From Mycoplasmatota bacterium (GTDB lineage Bacteria; Bacillota_I; Bacilli_A; MAG-NZ), in contig CP074575.1 in assembly GCA_018394315.1 (NCBI GenBank), positions 496,001-560,000 on the forward strand: 64,000 nt of DNA, given 5' to 3'. Below, one piece after another: positions 23,801 to 33,024 of the stretch. A program made the translations under genes and the position numbers. Each line of letters starts with the position of its first letter. Within the stretch, counting starts at the first letter, position 1. The notes under the pieces are model-generated. The model ran no database searches, was not told the origin of the DNA, and saw only the letters and a program-made list of their open reading frames with translations.

Positions 23801-24622
23801 TTAGTTCTCATCTTTTTCTTCAAGGTACGACCTTTTCACTCCGTTTTTTCTAAACCCTACTATTGAATCTAAATTAACATTGCATGCTGCTTCAAATATT
23901 GATTTATCAATATTTGGGTTTACCTTTTTATATTTACTAATAAAATTTTTTATTTCTTTTCTTTTACTTCCTAGCACCTTACATCCAACTGTACATCCAC
24001 AGTCCATAAAATCCATCTCAATATAATTTTTCCACCTAATTATACTTTCTTCTTTTACTAAATAAAGAGGTCTTATAAGTTCCATATTTCGATAATTTTC
24101 TGATTTGACTTTAGGTAGCATTGTTTTAAATTCATAAGCATAGAATGTATTGAGCATGGTTGTTTCTATCACATCGTTAAAATGATGACCTAATGCTAAT
24201 TTATTACAACCTAGCTCTTGAGCAAAGTTGTATAAAAATCCTCTACGCATTCTAGCACATAAATAGCAAGGCTGATCCTTTGAAATTTCATCAACAATAT
24301 CAAAGATGTGAGATTCTCTTATTTTTACTGGGATATTTAGTCTCTTACAATTATCTTCTAAGAGTTTTCTGTTTTCTTTATTAAACCCTGGATCCATTGA
24401 TATGAACTCAATTTCAAATTTTTCTTTACCGTGTCTTTGAATTTCCTGAAGTAGTTTTGCGAGTAGCAGGCTGTCTTTTCCTCCTGATATTGCGACAGCA
24501 ACTTTATCTCCTTCATTTATAAGCATGTATTCTTTTAACGCTCTTGTGAATTTTCCCCATATCTCTTTTCGATACTTTTTTATAATACTTCTCTCAATAT
24601 CTTTGATATCTATCTTGCTCAT
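23801..24622 (-). CDS. ttcA: TtcA-family tRNA thiolase (PP-loop)
   Basis: SGGKDS, CYLCARMRRG, LGHHFND, IRPL, CGC. Confidence 0.88.
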   Translation of the reverse strand: MSKIDIKDIERSIIKKYRKEIWGKFTRALKEYMLINEGDKVAVAISGGKDSLLLAKLLQEIQRHGKEKFEIEFISMDPGFNKENRKLLEDNCKRLNIPVKIRESHIFDIVDEISKDQPCYLCARMRRGFLYNFAQELGCNKLALGHHFNDVIETTMLNTFYAYEFKTMLPKVKSENYRNMELIRPLYLVKEESIIRWKNYIEMDFMDCGCTVGCKVLGSKRKEIKNFISKYKKVNPNIDKSIFEAACNVNLDSIVGFRKNGVKRSYLEEKDEN

Positions 24623-24659
24623 CTTTATCACCTTAAAAAAAATAGTATATTAATCTATA

Positions 24660-25439
24660 CTATTTTTTATTTCCTCTTCTTAAGATATTTATTCCAAATA
24701 ATTCTTTTTCAGTTGCATAGAACAAACCATACGCAATTGGCAGCATAATTACTAATGCAATTAAACCATTTACAAGAGCCTTCTCCCAATTGTATTGTAT
24801 AAATCCTGCTTTATTATAATCTTTTTGGAACCCGTCTTTTAAGTCTAATTTTTCTTCAACTTGTGCAGCTGTCAAATATTCATCAACATCATAATGATCT
24901 TCTAAATGAATTATCTCAATCTCTTGTCTACCATATACATCTTCAACATTCGATCCATCAATTATAAGAGAATATTCATTTCCGCTGCAACTACCAATTT
25001 CTATACTTCCAATAAGTACATTAGTTCCACTTAGCCATTGTAATCTACTAAAACCGACTTCCTCTTCATAAAGGTTATCTTCTGTGCTGCAGTATAATAT
25101 AACATCAATAATACCTAACTCAGGAACATTACCAGCCATTTTAATATTCTTACCGACGATATATAAATCTGATTCCATATTAAATTCTTGAGCTACCATT
25201 CTATGTATATCAAATGTGTAATCACTAGAACTTACTGATATAATAGGTGTATGTTCATATTTATAACTAATTATCTCTAAATAGTCAATTCCAGCTTGAT
25301 CTTCACTCCTGTTTTGGAAATATTCTTCCCAATTGATAGTAGTATCTTCCTCTGTATATGAATTTATGGATATGATCGTTACACCAATTAACACTAGTGT
25401 TAACCAAACTATTCCTCTAATTTTACTGTTCTTAGTCAT
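24660..25439 (-). CDS. Hypothetical membrane-anchored protein
   Basis: N- and C-terminal TM helices around an acidic extracellular domain; GGAGG RBS; TTGAGT-17-TATAAT promoter. Confidence 0.75.
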   Translation of the reverse strand: MTKNSKIRGIVWLTLVLIGVTIISINSYTEEDTTINWEEYFQNRSEDQAGIDYLEIISYKYEHTPIISVSSSDYTFDIHRMVAQEFNMESDLYIVGKNIKMAGNVPELGIIDVILYCSTEDNLYEEEVGFSRLQWLSGTNVLIGSIEIGSCSGNEYSLIIDGSNVEDVYGRQEIEIIHLEDHYDVDEYLTAAQVEEKLDLKDGFQKDYNKAGFIQYNWEKALVNGLIALVIMLPIAYGLFYATEKELFGINILRRGNKK

Positions 25440-25625
25440 TAATAATACCTCCATCAATACTTGCCATAATATTATACTACAAATGATTTTATTACTCAAC
25501 TATTATTTTAAGCAAGGAAATTTATACTAAATTATAGTATTTTAATGTAAAGTATATATATATATTGCAAAAAGAATAATTTTATTGTATAATTGAGCAT
25601 AGAATAATATTAAGGAGGTGTTTAT

Positions 25626-26006
25626 ATGTCCTTTCAATGGTATTCAAAAAATGAAAGTGAAGGAATTGCAACAATTTATGATTCTAATATCACACTTAAT
25701 AAATCTGCAAGCGGGTACTTAGAATCAGCTTATTCAGTAATGCTCGGATATGACCCAGCTAACCAAATTATAGCTATTAGACCTTTAACAAAAGAAACTG
25801 ACAATTTGGGACACATTCCTGACGATAAAAAATATAAAATTACTGTGAAACCAAGTTATTCGAGAATAAGCAATAAGTTGTTTATTAAATCATTATCAGA
25901 GGACACCGGTATAAAGTTTAAAAAAAGTGAGGCACATAAGTTTCTCACACACTGGGTAGCAAGTGAGAAAATTCTCACTATTAATCTAAACGAGGAGGTT
26001 AAATAA
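25626..26006 (+). CDS. Hypothetical protein, first gene of the nfeD-SPFH operon
   Basis: AAGGAGG RBS, TTGCAA/TGTATAAT promoter; stop overlaps the nfeD start. Confidence 0.8.
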   Translation: MSFQWYSKNESEGIATIYDSNITLNKSASGYLESAYSVMLGYDPANQIIAIRPLTKETDNLGHIPDDKKYKITVKPSYSRISNKLFIKSLSEDTGIKFKKSEAHKFLTHWVASEKILTINLNEEVK

Positions 26007-26452
26007 TGGGAGATTTGGCTGGAGTAATGATGTTCTTTTGGATCGTCATAATCGTAGTTGCATTCATTATTGAGGTCAATACTTTAGATCTTGTAAGTAT
26101 TTGGTTCTCATTAGGGGCAGTATTTGCATTTGTTGCTTCACTTATGGGAGCGGACGAAATGTCTCAAATGTGGGTATTTATTGGATCAACAATAATTCTT
26201 TTGGGACTGACAAGGCCGTTAGCGAAAAAGTATATGATAAAGAACAAGGTAAAAACAAACGCTGATAGACTAGTTGGTAAAATTGCCAAAGTAACAAAAG
26301 TAATTCCAATTGGTGAGCGTGGAGAAGTTAAAATAGATGGAAAATTCTGGTTAGCTTTCTCAAAGGATACATCACAATTTGAAGTAGATGAAAGATGCGA
26401 GGTACTTGCAATTGAAGGTGTTAAGTTACTTGTAGGAAAATTAAAGGATTAA
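26006..26452 (+). CDS. NfeD-family membrane protein
   Basis: Three TMs plus OB-fold (LVGK.A.V...GEVKIDG..W.A); upstream of the SPFH gene. Confidence 0.92.
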   Translation: MGDLAGVMMFFWIVIIVVAFIIEVNTLDLVSIWFSLGAVFAFVASLMGADEMSQMWVFIGSTIILLGLTRPLAKKYMIKNKVKTNADRLVGKIAKVTKVIPIGERGEVKIDGKFWLAFSKDTSQFEVDERCEVLAIEGVKLLVGKLKD

Positions 26453-26489
26453 TTATCCTTCCTAAAACAACGAAAGAAGGTGATGCATA

Positions 26490-26765
26490 ATTTCAACAAT
26501 AATCCAATTCATTATAATTGGCTTTGTTATCAGTTTTGTTTCTAAGAATTTTAAAAATATTGATAAGAAATACGACATCAAAGGTTCAGTTAATAAAGTT
26601 GTTGATACAATTTCACAGGAAATTAATAAATCAGATAAAAATAAAGATCAATCAAAAGATATTTATGCATCAAGTCATAAGAAAGATTCTTATGAAAATG
26701 CGGAAGCTTTATACAAAGCAGGTATAATTACAAAGAAAGAATTAAAGGATTTAAAAAATAAATAG
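26490..26765 (+). CDS. Single-TM protein with C-terminal SHOCT-like motif (ATT/ATA start, or frameshifted)
   Basis: Open frame ISTIIQFIIIGFVISFVS...YENAEALYKAGIITKKELKDLKNK*; AAGGTG RBS 7 nt before ATT; not in the supplied ORF track. Confidence 0.6.
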   Translation: MSTIIQFIIIGFVISFVSKNFKNIDKKYDIKGSVNKVVDTISQEINKSDKNKDQSKDIYASSHKKDSYENAEALYKAGIITKKELKDLKNK

Positions 26766-26780
26766 AAGGAGAGTATTATT

Positions 26781-27695
26781 ATGGACAATGTATGGGTTTA
26801 TTTTCTTGCTGTATTGATTATTATTGTATTAATCGTAATCGCGGTTAGTGTAAAAATCGTCCCTCAAGCGAGAGCTTACGTAATCGAAAGGTTAGGAGCA
26901 TATCACGGAACATGGGAAACAGGAATTCATTTCCTAGTACCGTTCTTAGACAGAGTAGCAAAGAGCACTTCTCTTAAAGAGCAAGTAATCGACTTTGCAC
27001 CTCAACCAGTTATCACAAAGGATAACGTAACTATGCAAATTGATACTGTGGTTTATTTCCAAATAACTGACCCTAAATTATTAGCATATGGAGTTGAAAG
27101 TCCTCTTAAAGCAATCGAAAACTTAACAGCTACAACATTACGTAATATCATTGGTGATTTAGAATTAGACCAAACATTAACATCTCGTGATTTAATTAAC
27201 ACTAAGATGAGAACTATCTTAGATGAAGCAACTGATCCATGGGGTATTAAAGTAAATCGTGTAGAAGTTAAAAACATCATGCCACCTCAAGATATCAGAG
27301 ATGCTATGGAGAAACAAATGCGTGCTGAACGTGAAAGACGTGAATCAATTCTTAGAGCCGAAGGGGAAAAGAGATCTTCTATCCTTTTAGCGGAAGGGGA
27401 AAAACAATCTGCTATCCTAAAAGCTGAAGCTGCTAGAGAGTCTCAAATTCGTAGAGCTGAAGGGGAAGCTGAAGCAATTATTAAAGTACAAGATGCAACG
27501 GCTCAAGGTATAAAATTAATTAAGGAAGCTTCTGCTGACAAAGCATACTTAACTCTTCAATCATATGAAGCATTAAAAGAAGTTGCTAAAGGTCAAGCGA
27601 CTAAAATAATTATTCCAAGTGAAATCCAAGGAATCGCTGGACTAATGGCAAGTGCTGCTGAGCTTGTTGAAAAAACAAATACTTCAAAGAAGTAA
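26781..27695 (+). CDS. SPFH/stomatin-like protein (QmcA-like)
   Basis: IERLG, PQPVITKDNV, LRNIIG, WGIKVNRVE, AERERR coiled coil. Confidence 0.96.
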   Translation: MDNVWVYFLAVLIIIVLIVIAVSVKIVPQARAYVIERLGAYHGTWETGIHFLVPFLDRVAKSTSLKEQVIDFAPQPVITKDNVTMQIDTVVYFQITDPKLLAYGVESPLKAIENLTATTLRNIIGDLELDQTLTSRDLINTKMRTILDEATDPWGIKVNRVEVKNIMPPQDIRDAMEKQMRAERERRESILRAEGEKRSSILLAEGEKQSAILKAEAARESQIRRAEGEAEAIIKVQDATAQGIKLIKEASADKAYLTLQSYEALKEVAKGQATKIIIPSEIQGIAGLMASAAELVEKTNTSKK

Positions 27696-27704
27696 AATCT
27701 TAAG

Positions 27705-27727
27705 AAAATCCACATTTTGTGGATTTT
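27705..27727. terminator. Bidirectional terminator
   Basis: AAAATCCACA-TTT-TGTGGATTTT. Confidence 0.8.
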
Positions 27728-27728
27728 T

Positions 27729-28181
27729 TTATATTACAATATTTTCAATTTCAGTTCTGACATACTCCTTTTCTTCTCTCTTTTCAATGAACTCGATCGA
27801 GTTAATTGCCATGTCCTTGAATTCTTCATATTCTTCTTTGTTTCCTAGTACACTGCAAGCTCTTGCCATGGCCTCATATGCAAATGTTAGGTCAAATCCT
27901 TTAATATCATTAGCTTTTGTTAATTCTAAACAAGCTTTAGCATGATATAGTGACTGTTCTCCCATTCCTGCTTCAGCGTATACTCGTGAGATTTGCCATT
28001 CGCCTCTTTGATGGTGTAACGGTGTTCCGACTTCACCCCAATGATATCTAGAAGTGTGTGAACAATGAATCATGTTTAAAGTGTCTTCCTTAGTCCTATT
28101 CTCTCCTAAGTCTATATAATTCTATGTTTTATTAAAGGTATCAGCTGCTATTTTCTTGTGAAACTCTTTTATATTCTACAT
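27729..28181 (-). pseudogene. Hypothetical gene with two in-frame TAG codons
   Basis: AAGGAGG RBS, ATG 28181, TAG at codons 2 and 20, then continuous in frame into the 114-aa ORF (SRYHWGEVG...RGEWQISRVY). Confidence 0.75.
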
Positions 28182-28342
28182 ATAAACCTCCTTGTTTTTG
28201 TAAAGCAAATTTCATAAAAATATGCTTATGAGTATATTATTTCAAATAATACGCAAATGATGTATTTTATTCTAAACACGTAATGACACTTATCTTATAC
28301 ATATATTATTATAATACATAAGATAATAAGGGGTGAGTGATT

Positions 28343-28606
28343 ATGAAGGGAAAGTTTTCGTATCTATATGCTAATAAACGCACTATAATTGGACTAGTCG
28401 CATCAGCACTTCTTATTACATTATCTATAATTGAAACCTATACGTCTTCTCAAATAGCAACAGAAATTAAAATGATTGCTATTGGAGTATTAGGTTATAG
28501 TAATGTTAGAGGGGTTTTAGGGAGAGGTTTGGAGTCTGTAGAAACCTTTTTAAAAATCACAGGGAAAGCAATCGAGGAAGTTAAAGACATTATAGAGCCA
28601 AAATAA
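28343..28606 (+). CDS. Small two-TM hypothetical protein (holin-like topology)
   Basis: GGGGTGA RBS, own terminator at 28607-28646. Confidence 0.65.
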   Translation: MKGKFSYLYANKRTIIGLVASALLITLSIIETYTSSQIATEIKMIAIGVLGYSNVRGVLGRGLESVETFLKITGKAIEEVKDIIEPK

Positions 28607-28690
28607 GAAGAAAGAAGGTAAATGCTAATTGTATTTACCTTCTTTCAAAATTACTGCTATAATTAGGTATCATCATAAAGGAGTTATTCT

Positions 28691-29356
28691 ATGATAAACT
28701 ATTTAAATGAACTTATGAAGGATATAAATCAACTAGAAGATAAATCTGCAGTCTCAATAGAAAAATTAGCAAATAAATATTATAAGTTTCTCCCAAAATT
28801 TAATGAAGCATTTTTAGCAATCTGTAATCAATTGATTATTAGTGAGAAACTTTACTTATTTTCTATAGCAACATTATGGTTAAAAAAAAGAAAATCTATA
28901 TTAGATATTAAGCACTTGTCATTATATGAAAATTGGATTGAGAAATATGTTGATAACTGGGGAAAATGTGATCAACTTTGTTATAGGCTTATAAACCCTC
29001 TTATTGAAAAGTATGATGAATTGTACACATATATTGTAAAGTGGAGTAATTCAAGTAAACCAACCACAAGAAGAGTGTCTTTAGTATCTTTTATTCACTC
29101 TTCTAAAGGGCACAGCGTACTCTATGATTTTAATAAGATATTACCTATTATTGATAAGTTGAAAGATGATTCAGATATTCATGTGCAAAAAGCTGTTGGA
29201 TGGGTATTAAAGTGTTCATACTATAACTATCCAAGTGAAGTTGTCATTTATTTGAGAAAAAATGTAAAAATTTTAAATAGACTTATATTTAGATACTCTC
29301 TAGAAAACATGCCTATAGATTTAAAACAAGAATTAATGAGTTTAGACTATAAGTAA
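28691..29356 (+). CDS. DNA alkylation repair protein (AlkD-like HEAT repeat)
   Basis: DNWGKCD, W..S....RR, VQKAVGWVLK. Confidence 0.85.
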   Translation: MINYLNELMKDINQLEDKSAVSIEKLANKYYKFLPKFNEAFLAICNQLIISEKLYLFSIATLWLKKRKSILDIKHLSLYENWIEKYVDNWGKCDQLCYRLINPLIEKYDELYTYIVKWSNSSKPTTRRVSLVSFIHSSKGHSVLYDFNKILPIIDKLKDDSDIHVQKAVGWVLKCSYYNYPSEVVIYLRKNVKILNRLIFRYSLENMPIDLKQELMSLDYK

Positions 29357-29524
29357 AACATTCCTCGATGGAATGTTTTTTCTAACTAGATATAGAAATT
29401 CATAAATTATAAGGGAGTAAACTATATTTACTACTATATCTATTATCAGTTTTAATCATTACATATATCTTTCGATATAATCTAAACAACGCCACATTAA
29501 CTTTAATCTATACATATTTCCCTC

Positions 29525-30763
29525 CTATTTTTTCAAATTTATTGTTTTTGCATCAATATTACTTAAAGTTTTTAGTGTACCACTTATATCACCATCTAAT
29601 ACTTCTGCATCAATGTTTTTCATAGTAATTAAACCACCTTGAGAAGTAACAGTTAAGTTTCTTATATCAAGATCTTTAATGGTTTTTGCTCCTGCACCCA
29701 AATTGTATATGTGATTTTTACCAATGATTTCCTGAATAGTCACCAATCCAGATCCAATTGTAGCTAATAGATCATTCGACTGAACTTCCTTAATCGAAAT
29801 TGATCCATGACCTAAATCTAATATAATATTCTTAGAGTTTATTTCTCTAATAATTACAGGTCCACTACCACTTTTTATAGATATTTTCTCCGTATCTATT
29901 TCCTTTACGGATATCGGACCGTTCTTTAAATTCACATCTAAATTTTTAGTTTCAATCTCTGTTAAATTGAGTGATGAGTTACCTACATGAGTTGTTAAAT
30001 TTGTCAATTCCATGTTTTTTATACTAAGTGGGCAATCAGTAACAATCGTCAATGATTTAATAACACTTGGAACAGTTATTCTTAACTTTTTTCTGCCCGC
30101 ATATTTAATACTAGATTTAGGAATAGAGTAATCAATAATTTCTCCATTTTCATCAATCGTAATATTGTTCTTTATTGTGTTGGGTATTGATTTGAAGACA
30201 ACCTTGTTCTCATCATTACCTTCTTCAACACTAACACTAATGAAACTGTTGTTATCATCATTTATATTGATTGTTAGTGTATCTTTATGAACCTCAATTT
30301 CTTCAGCCTTAGAACCCTTGAAGTCCACTGAGTCACCTACCATTCCGCTAAAATCCATAGTTTTTAATTTATCTACTGCATTTTCAATCTTTGTATTTAT
30401 TTTTTCAATAATATTTTGCTTTTGTACTGTCTGAACTGCTTTTGAAATAACATCATTTGTTTTATCAATAATCCTGTTTACGTCTAGCATATCAACAGTA
30501 TTTTCTATTCCTCTTTTAGCAAATTCTATTTGAGATTCTAAATAATCCCTAACATCTTCTGATCTATTAGTACCTAAATCACCATTAGCAGTAGCTGCAA
30601 TTTCTTCAGGCGTTTCTAATATTCTAACAACTTCTTCTTCTGATGCACCATCTGAAACTGCCTCTACAAAGTATGACTCATACTCCTCTAAGATTGAATC
30701 TTTATCCTCTTTCTCTACTTTTAACAAGCTTTCCAACTTACTCATAAATTCTACTTTACTCAT
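29525..30763 (-). CDS. DUF1700 N-terminal plus DUF4097-like beta-repeat protein
   Basis: EFMSKLE..L...ILEEYESYF..A..G.SEEE....L.TPEEIA; C-terminal repeats of ..G.I.I.EI; follows padR. Confidence 0.8.
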   Translation of the reverse strand: MSKVEFMSKLESLLKVEKEDKDSILEEYESYFVEAVSDGASEEEVVRILETPEEIAATANGDLGTNRSEDVRDYLESQIEFAKRGIENTVDMLDVNRIIDKTNDVISKAVQTVQKQNIIEKINTKIENAVDKLKTMDFSGMVGDSVDFKGSKAEEIEVHKDTLTININDDNNSFISVSVEEGNDENKVVFKSIPNTIKNNITIDENGEIIDYSIPKSSIKYAGRKKLRITVPSVIKSLTIVTDCPLSIKNMELTNLTTHVGNSSLNLTEIETKNLDVNLKNGPISVKEIDTEKISIKSGSGPVIIREINSKNIILDLGHGSISIKEVQSNDLLATIGSGLVTIQEIIGKNHIYNLGAGAKTIKDLDIRNLTVTSQGGLITMKNIDAEVLDGDISGTLKTLSNIDAKTINLKK

Positions 30764-31076
30764 TTTCTAATCCTCCAATTAAGTTATTCACTTTCGTACT
30801 AAATAGTTCCCATTCATCTATTAAAATAAGTAATCTCTTATTTCCAATACCTGTTAAAGAATAATATTTTCTTCTTGGACCATCTGTACCTTCTCTCTCA
30901 TAAACCTCTAAGTTTCCATCATTAGTTAACTTTCTTAACATGGTATATATAGTGCTCTCACCAATTTCTAATACTAATGACAGACTTTTAACTAATTTAT
31001 AGCCGTATGTATCTTCTTTCTTCAATTCATTCAACACACACACCTCTACAACACCTTTCTTAAATTGAGTATCCAT
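30756..31076 (-). CDS. PadR-family regulator
   Basis: QFKKG, YGY, ESTIY..LRKL, GPRRKYYSLT..G, W. Confidence 0.95.
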   Translation of the reverse strand: MDTQFKKGVVEVCVLNELKKEDTYGYKLVKSLSLVLEIGESTIYTMLRKLTNDGNLEVYEREGTDGPRRKYYSLTGIGNKRLLILIDEWELFSTKVNNLIGGLENE

Positions 31077-31168
31077 ACTGTCCCTCCTTCTGTTCACTTC
31101 CTCTATTTACAATTGACTCATCTGATTTTGCTGATTTCTTATCAAACTCATTAATACTACTACTTTTC

Positions 31169-31286
31169 CTACATCGTAATATGCAGTAGCATATCTAAAA
31201 AAATATTACTACTTCTCTATATACTACACCATTATATGAAGTAGTTACAATACCATTATATGCAACTACTTCATATAATGCAATAG
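31169..31286. promoter_or_regulatory. Three palindromic PadR-like operator boxes
   Basis: 21-bp CTAC-NN-CRT-NNN-ATG-NN-RTAG at 31169, 31224 and 31266; 17-bp perfect inverted repeat 31230-31246 / 31264-31280. Confidence 0.7.
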
Positions 31287-31365
31287 TTTTTTCTAAAAAA
31301 TTATTTATTGATAGCAAAAAAGCCATAAAATGGCTTTGTTGTGCAACTATTTAGTGAGTTTTTTT

Positions 31366-32760
31366 TTAATACTCACAGTTTTTAACTGTTCTCGGGAAAG
31401 GAACAACGTCTCTTATATTCTCAATACCTGTAATATACATCACTAATCTTTCAAAGCCTATCCCATACCCGGAATGAATATATCCTCCATACTTTCTTAA
31501 ATCAAGGTACCAACTAAGTTCTTCTTGCGGTACGTTCATTTCCTCCATACGTTTAAGTAATTTATCATAACGCTCTTCACGTTGAGATCCTCCAACAAGT
31601 TCACCTGCACCGGGAACTAATAAATCCATAGCTGCTACTGTTTCATTATCGTCGTTTAATCTCATATAAAATGCTTTAATATCTTTTGGCCAATCAACTA
31701 CATATACCGGTCCATTAAAGTGTTCAACTAGATATTTTTCGTGCTCTGTAGCTAAATCCTCACCTTGTGTTGGTAGGTTTTCAAATGACGTATTTTTTTT
31801 ATTTGCTTCTTGTAAAATGTTAATAGCTTCTTTGTGTGTCACTTTAACAAATTTTGATTCTAGCACTTTATTTAATTTATCTAATAGACCTTTTTCAACA
31901 AATTTATTGAAAAACTCCATTTCTTCTGGTGCTCTATCTAAGATATATTTAATAACATATTTAATCATATCTTCAGCTAACTCCATATTATCATTTATAT
32001 CTGCAAAAGCAATTTCTGGTTCAATCATCCAAAACTCTGCAGCATGTATTTTTGTATTCGAGTTTTCTGCTCTAAATGTTGGTCCGAATGTATAACAATT
32101 TCTAAAAGCAGCAGTATACGCCTCTACATGTAGTTGTCCTGTAACTGTTAGATTAGCTGGAATTTGGAAAAAGTCTTGCTTATAATCTACTTCTTTATCT
32201 ATCTTTGGTACATTATTTAAATCTAATGTAGTTACTCTAAACATCTCTCCAGCACCTTCACCATCATTACCAGTAATAATTGGTGTGTGTACATAAACAA
32301 AATCTAATTCTTGAAAAAACGAGTGTATAGCATGAGCAATTAAACTTCTTACTCTAAACACAGCATTGAAAAGATTAGTTCTTGGTCTCAAATGAGAAAC
32401 CTCTCTTAAAAATTCTCTTGAATGCCTTTTAGGTTGGATTGGAAAATCCTCCTCACTTGGGCCTAGTAATTTAACTGCTTTTGCTTTAATTTCGAAAGGT
32501 TGTTTTCCTTCTGGTGTTAATTCAACCACACCACTAACTTCGATACAACTTCCTACTCTATATTTACTAACTTCCAAAAACTCATCTAAGTGTTCACTTT
32601 CATAAACAACCTGAATTGTTTTGAAGAATGAGCCATCGTGTAAATCAATAAAACCAAATGATTTTTGTGCTCTATTGTTTCTTATCCAGCCTCTCAATCT
32701 AACTTCTTTTCCGCCATAAATACTTGTTTCTCGATATAGTTTTCTTACTGTTAAATCCAT
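31366..32760 (-). CDS. asnS: Asparagine--tRNA ligase
   Basis: [53 protein letters not shown] before 32760. Confidence 0.98.
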   Translation of the reverse strand: MDLTVRKLYRETSIYGGKEVRLRGWIRNNRAQKSFGFIDLHDGSFFKTIQVVYESEHLDEFLEVSKYRVGSCIEVSGVVELTPEGKQPFEIKAKAVKLLGPSEEDFPIQPKRHSREFLREVSHLRPRTNLFNAVFRVRSLIAHAIHSFFQELDFVYVHTPIITGNDGEGAGEMFRVTTLDLNNVPKIDKEVDYKQDFFQIPANLTVTGQLHVEAYTAAFRNCYTFGPTFRAENSNTKIHAAEFWMIEPEIAFADINDNMELAEDMIKYVIKYILDRAPEEMEFFNKFVEKGLLDKLNKVLESKFVKVTHKEAINILQEANKKNTSFENLPTQGEDLATEHEKYLVEHFNGPVYVVDWPKDIKAFYMRLNDDNETVAAMDLLVPGAGELVGGSQREERYDKLLKRMEEMNVPQEELSWYLDLRKYGGYIHSGYGIGFERLVMYITGIENIRDVVPFPRTVKNCEY

Positions 32761-32774
32761 CTTTTTCCTCCTAA

Positions 32775-33005
32775 TAAAAAAAGTCCCAAATAGAATATTA
32801 ATTCTATCTAAGGACGTAAAAATACGCGGTACCACCTTAGTTCATAATGTAAATTATGCACTCAACTCTTTTAACGCAAGATTACGGTTGGGTCTACTTA
32901 ATTTCTTCCAACAAGCTCGTAATTGTTTTTCATAAATGTCTTATTATTAGTTCGCAGCACCACTAATTCTCTTTAAATAGTGTCATTTATTACTCATTAG
33001 TCATA
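32775..33005 (-). promoter_or_regulatory. T-box riboswitch (Asn)
   Basis: T-box AAGGTGGTACCGCG (32838-32825), AGAGA and GCTG stem-I motifs, specifier AAC (32927-32925), terminator before the RBS. Confidence 0.93.
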
Positions 33006-33024
33006 GCTTATATGTTATTATACA

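Noticed and set aside
26518..26727. 69-aa ORF from the supplied track
   Set aside because: No RBS; the overlapping frame 26490-26765 has a TM helix, a SHOCT-like motif and a better operon fit.
28122..28178. Genome-wide TAG or TGA reassignment
   Set aside because: TAG ends dnaA, recF, gyrB and mnmE, and TGA ends rqcP and yabG at expected positions; Trp is encoded by TGG.
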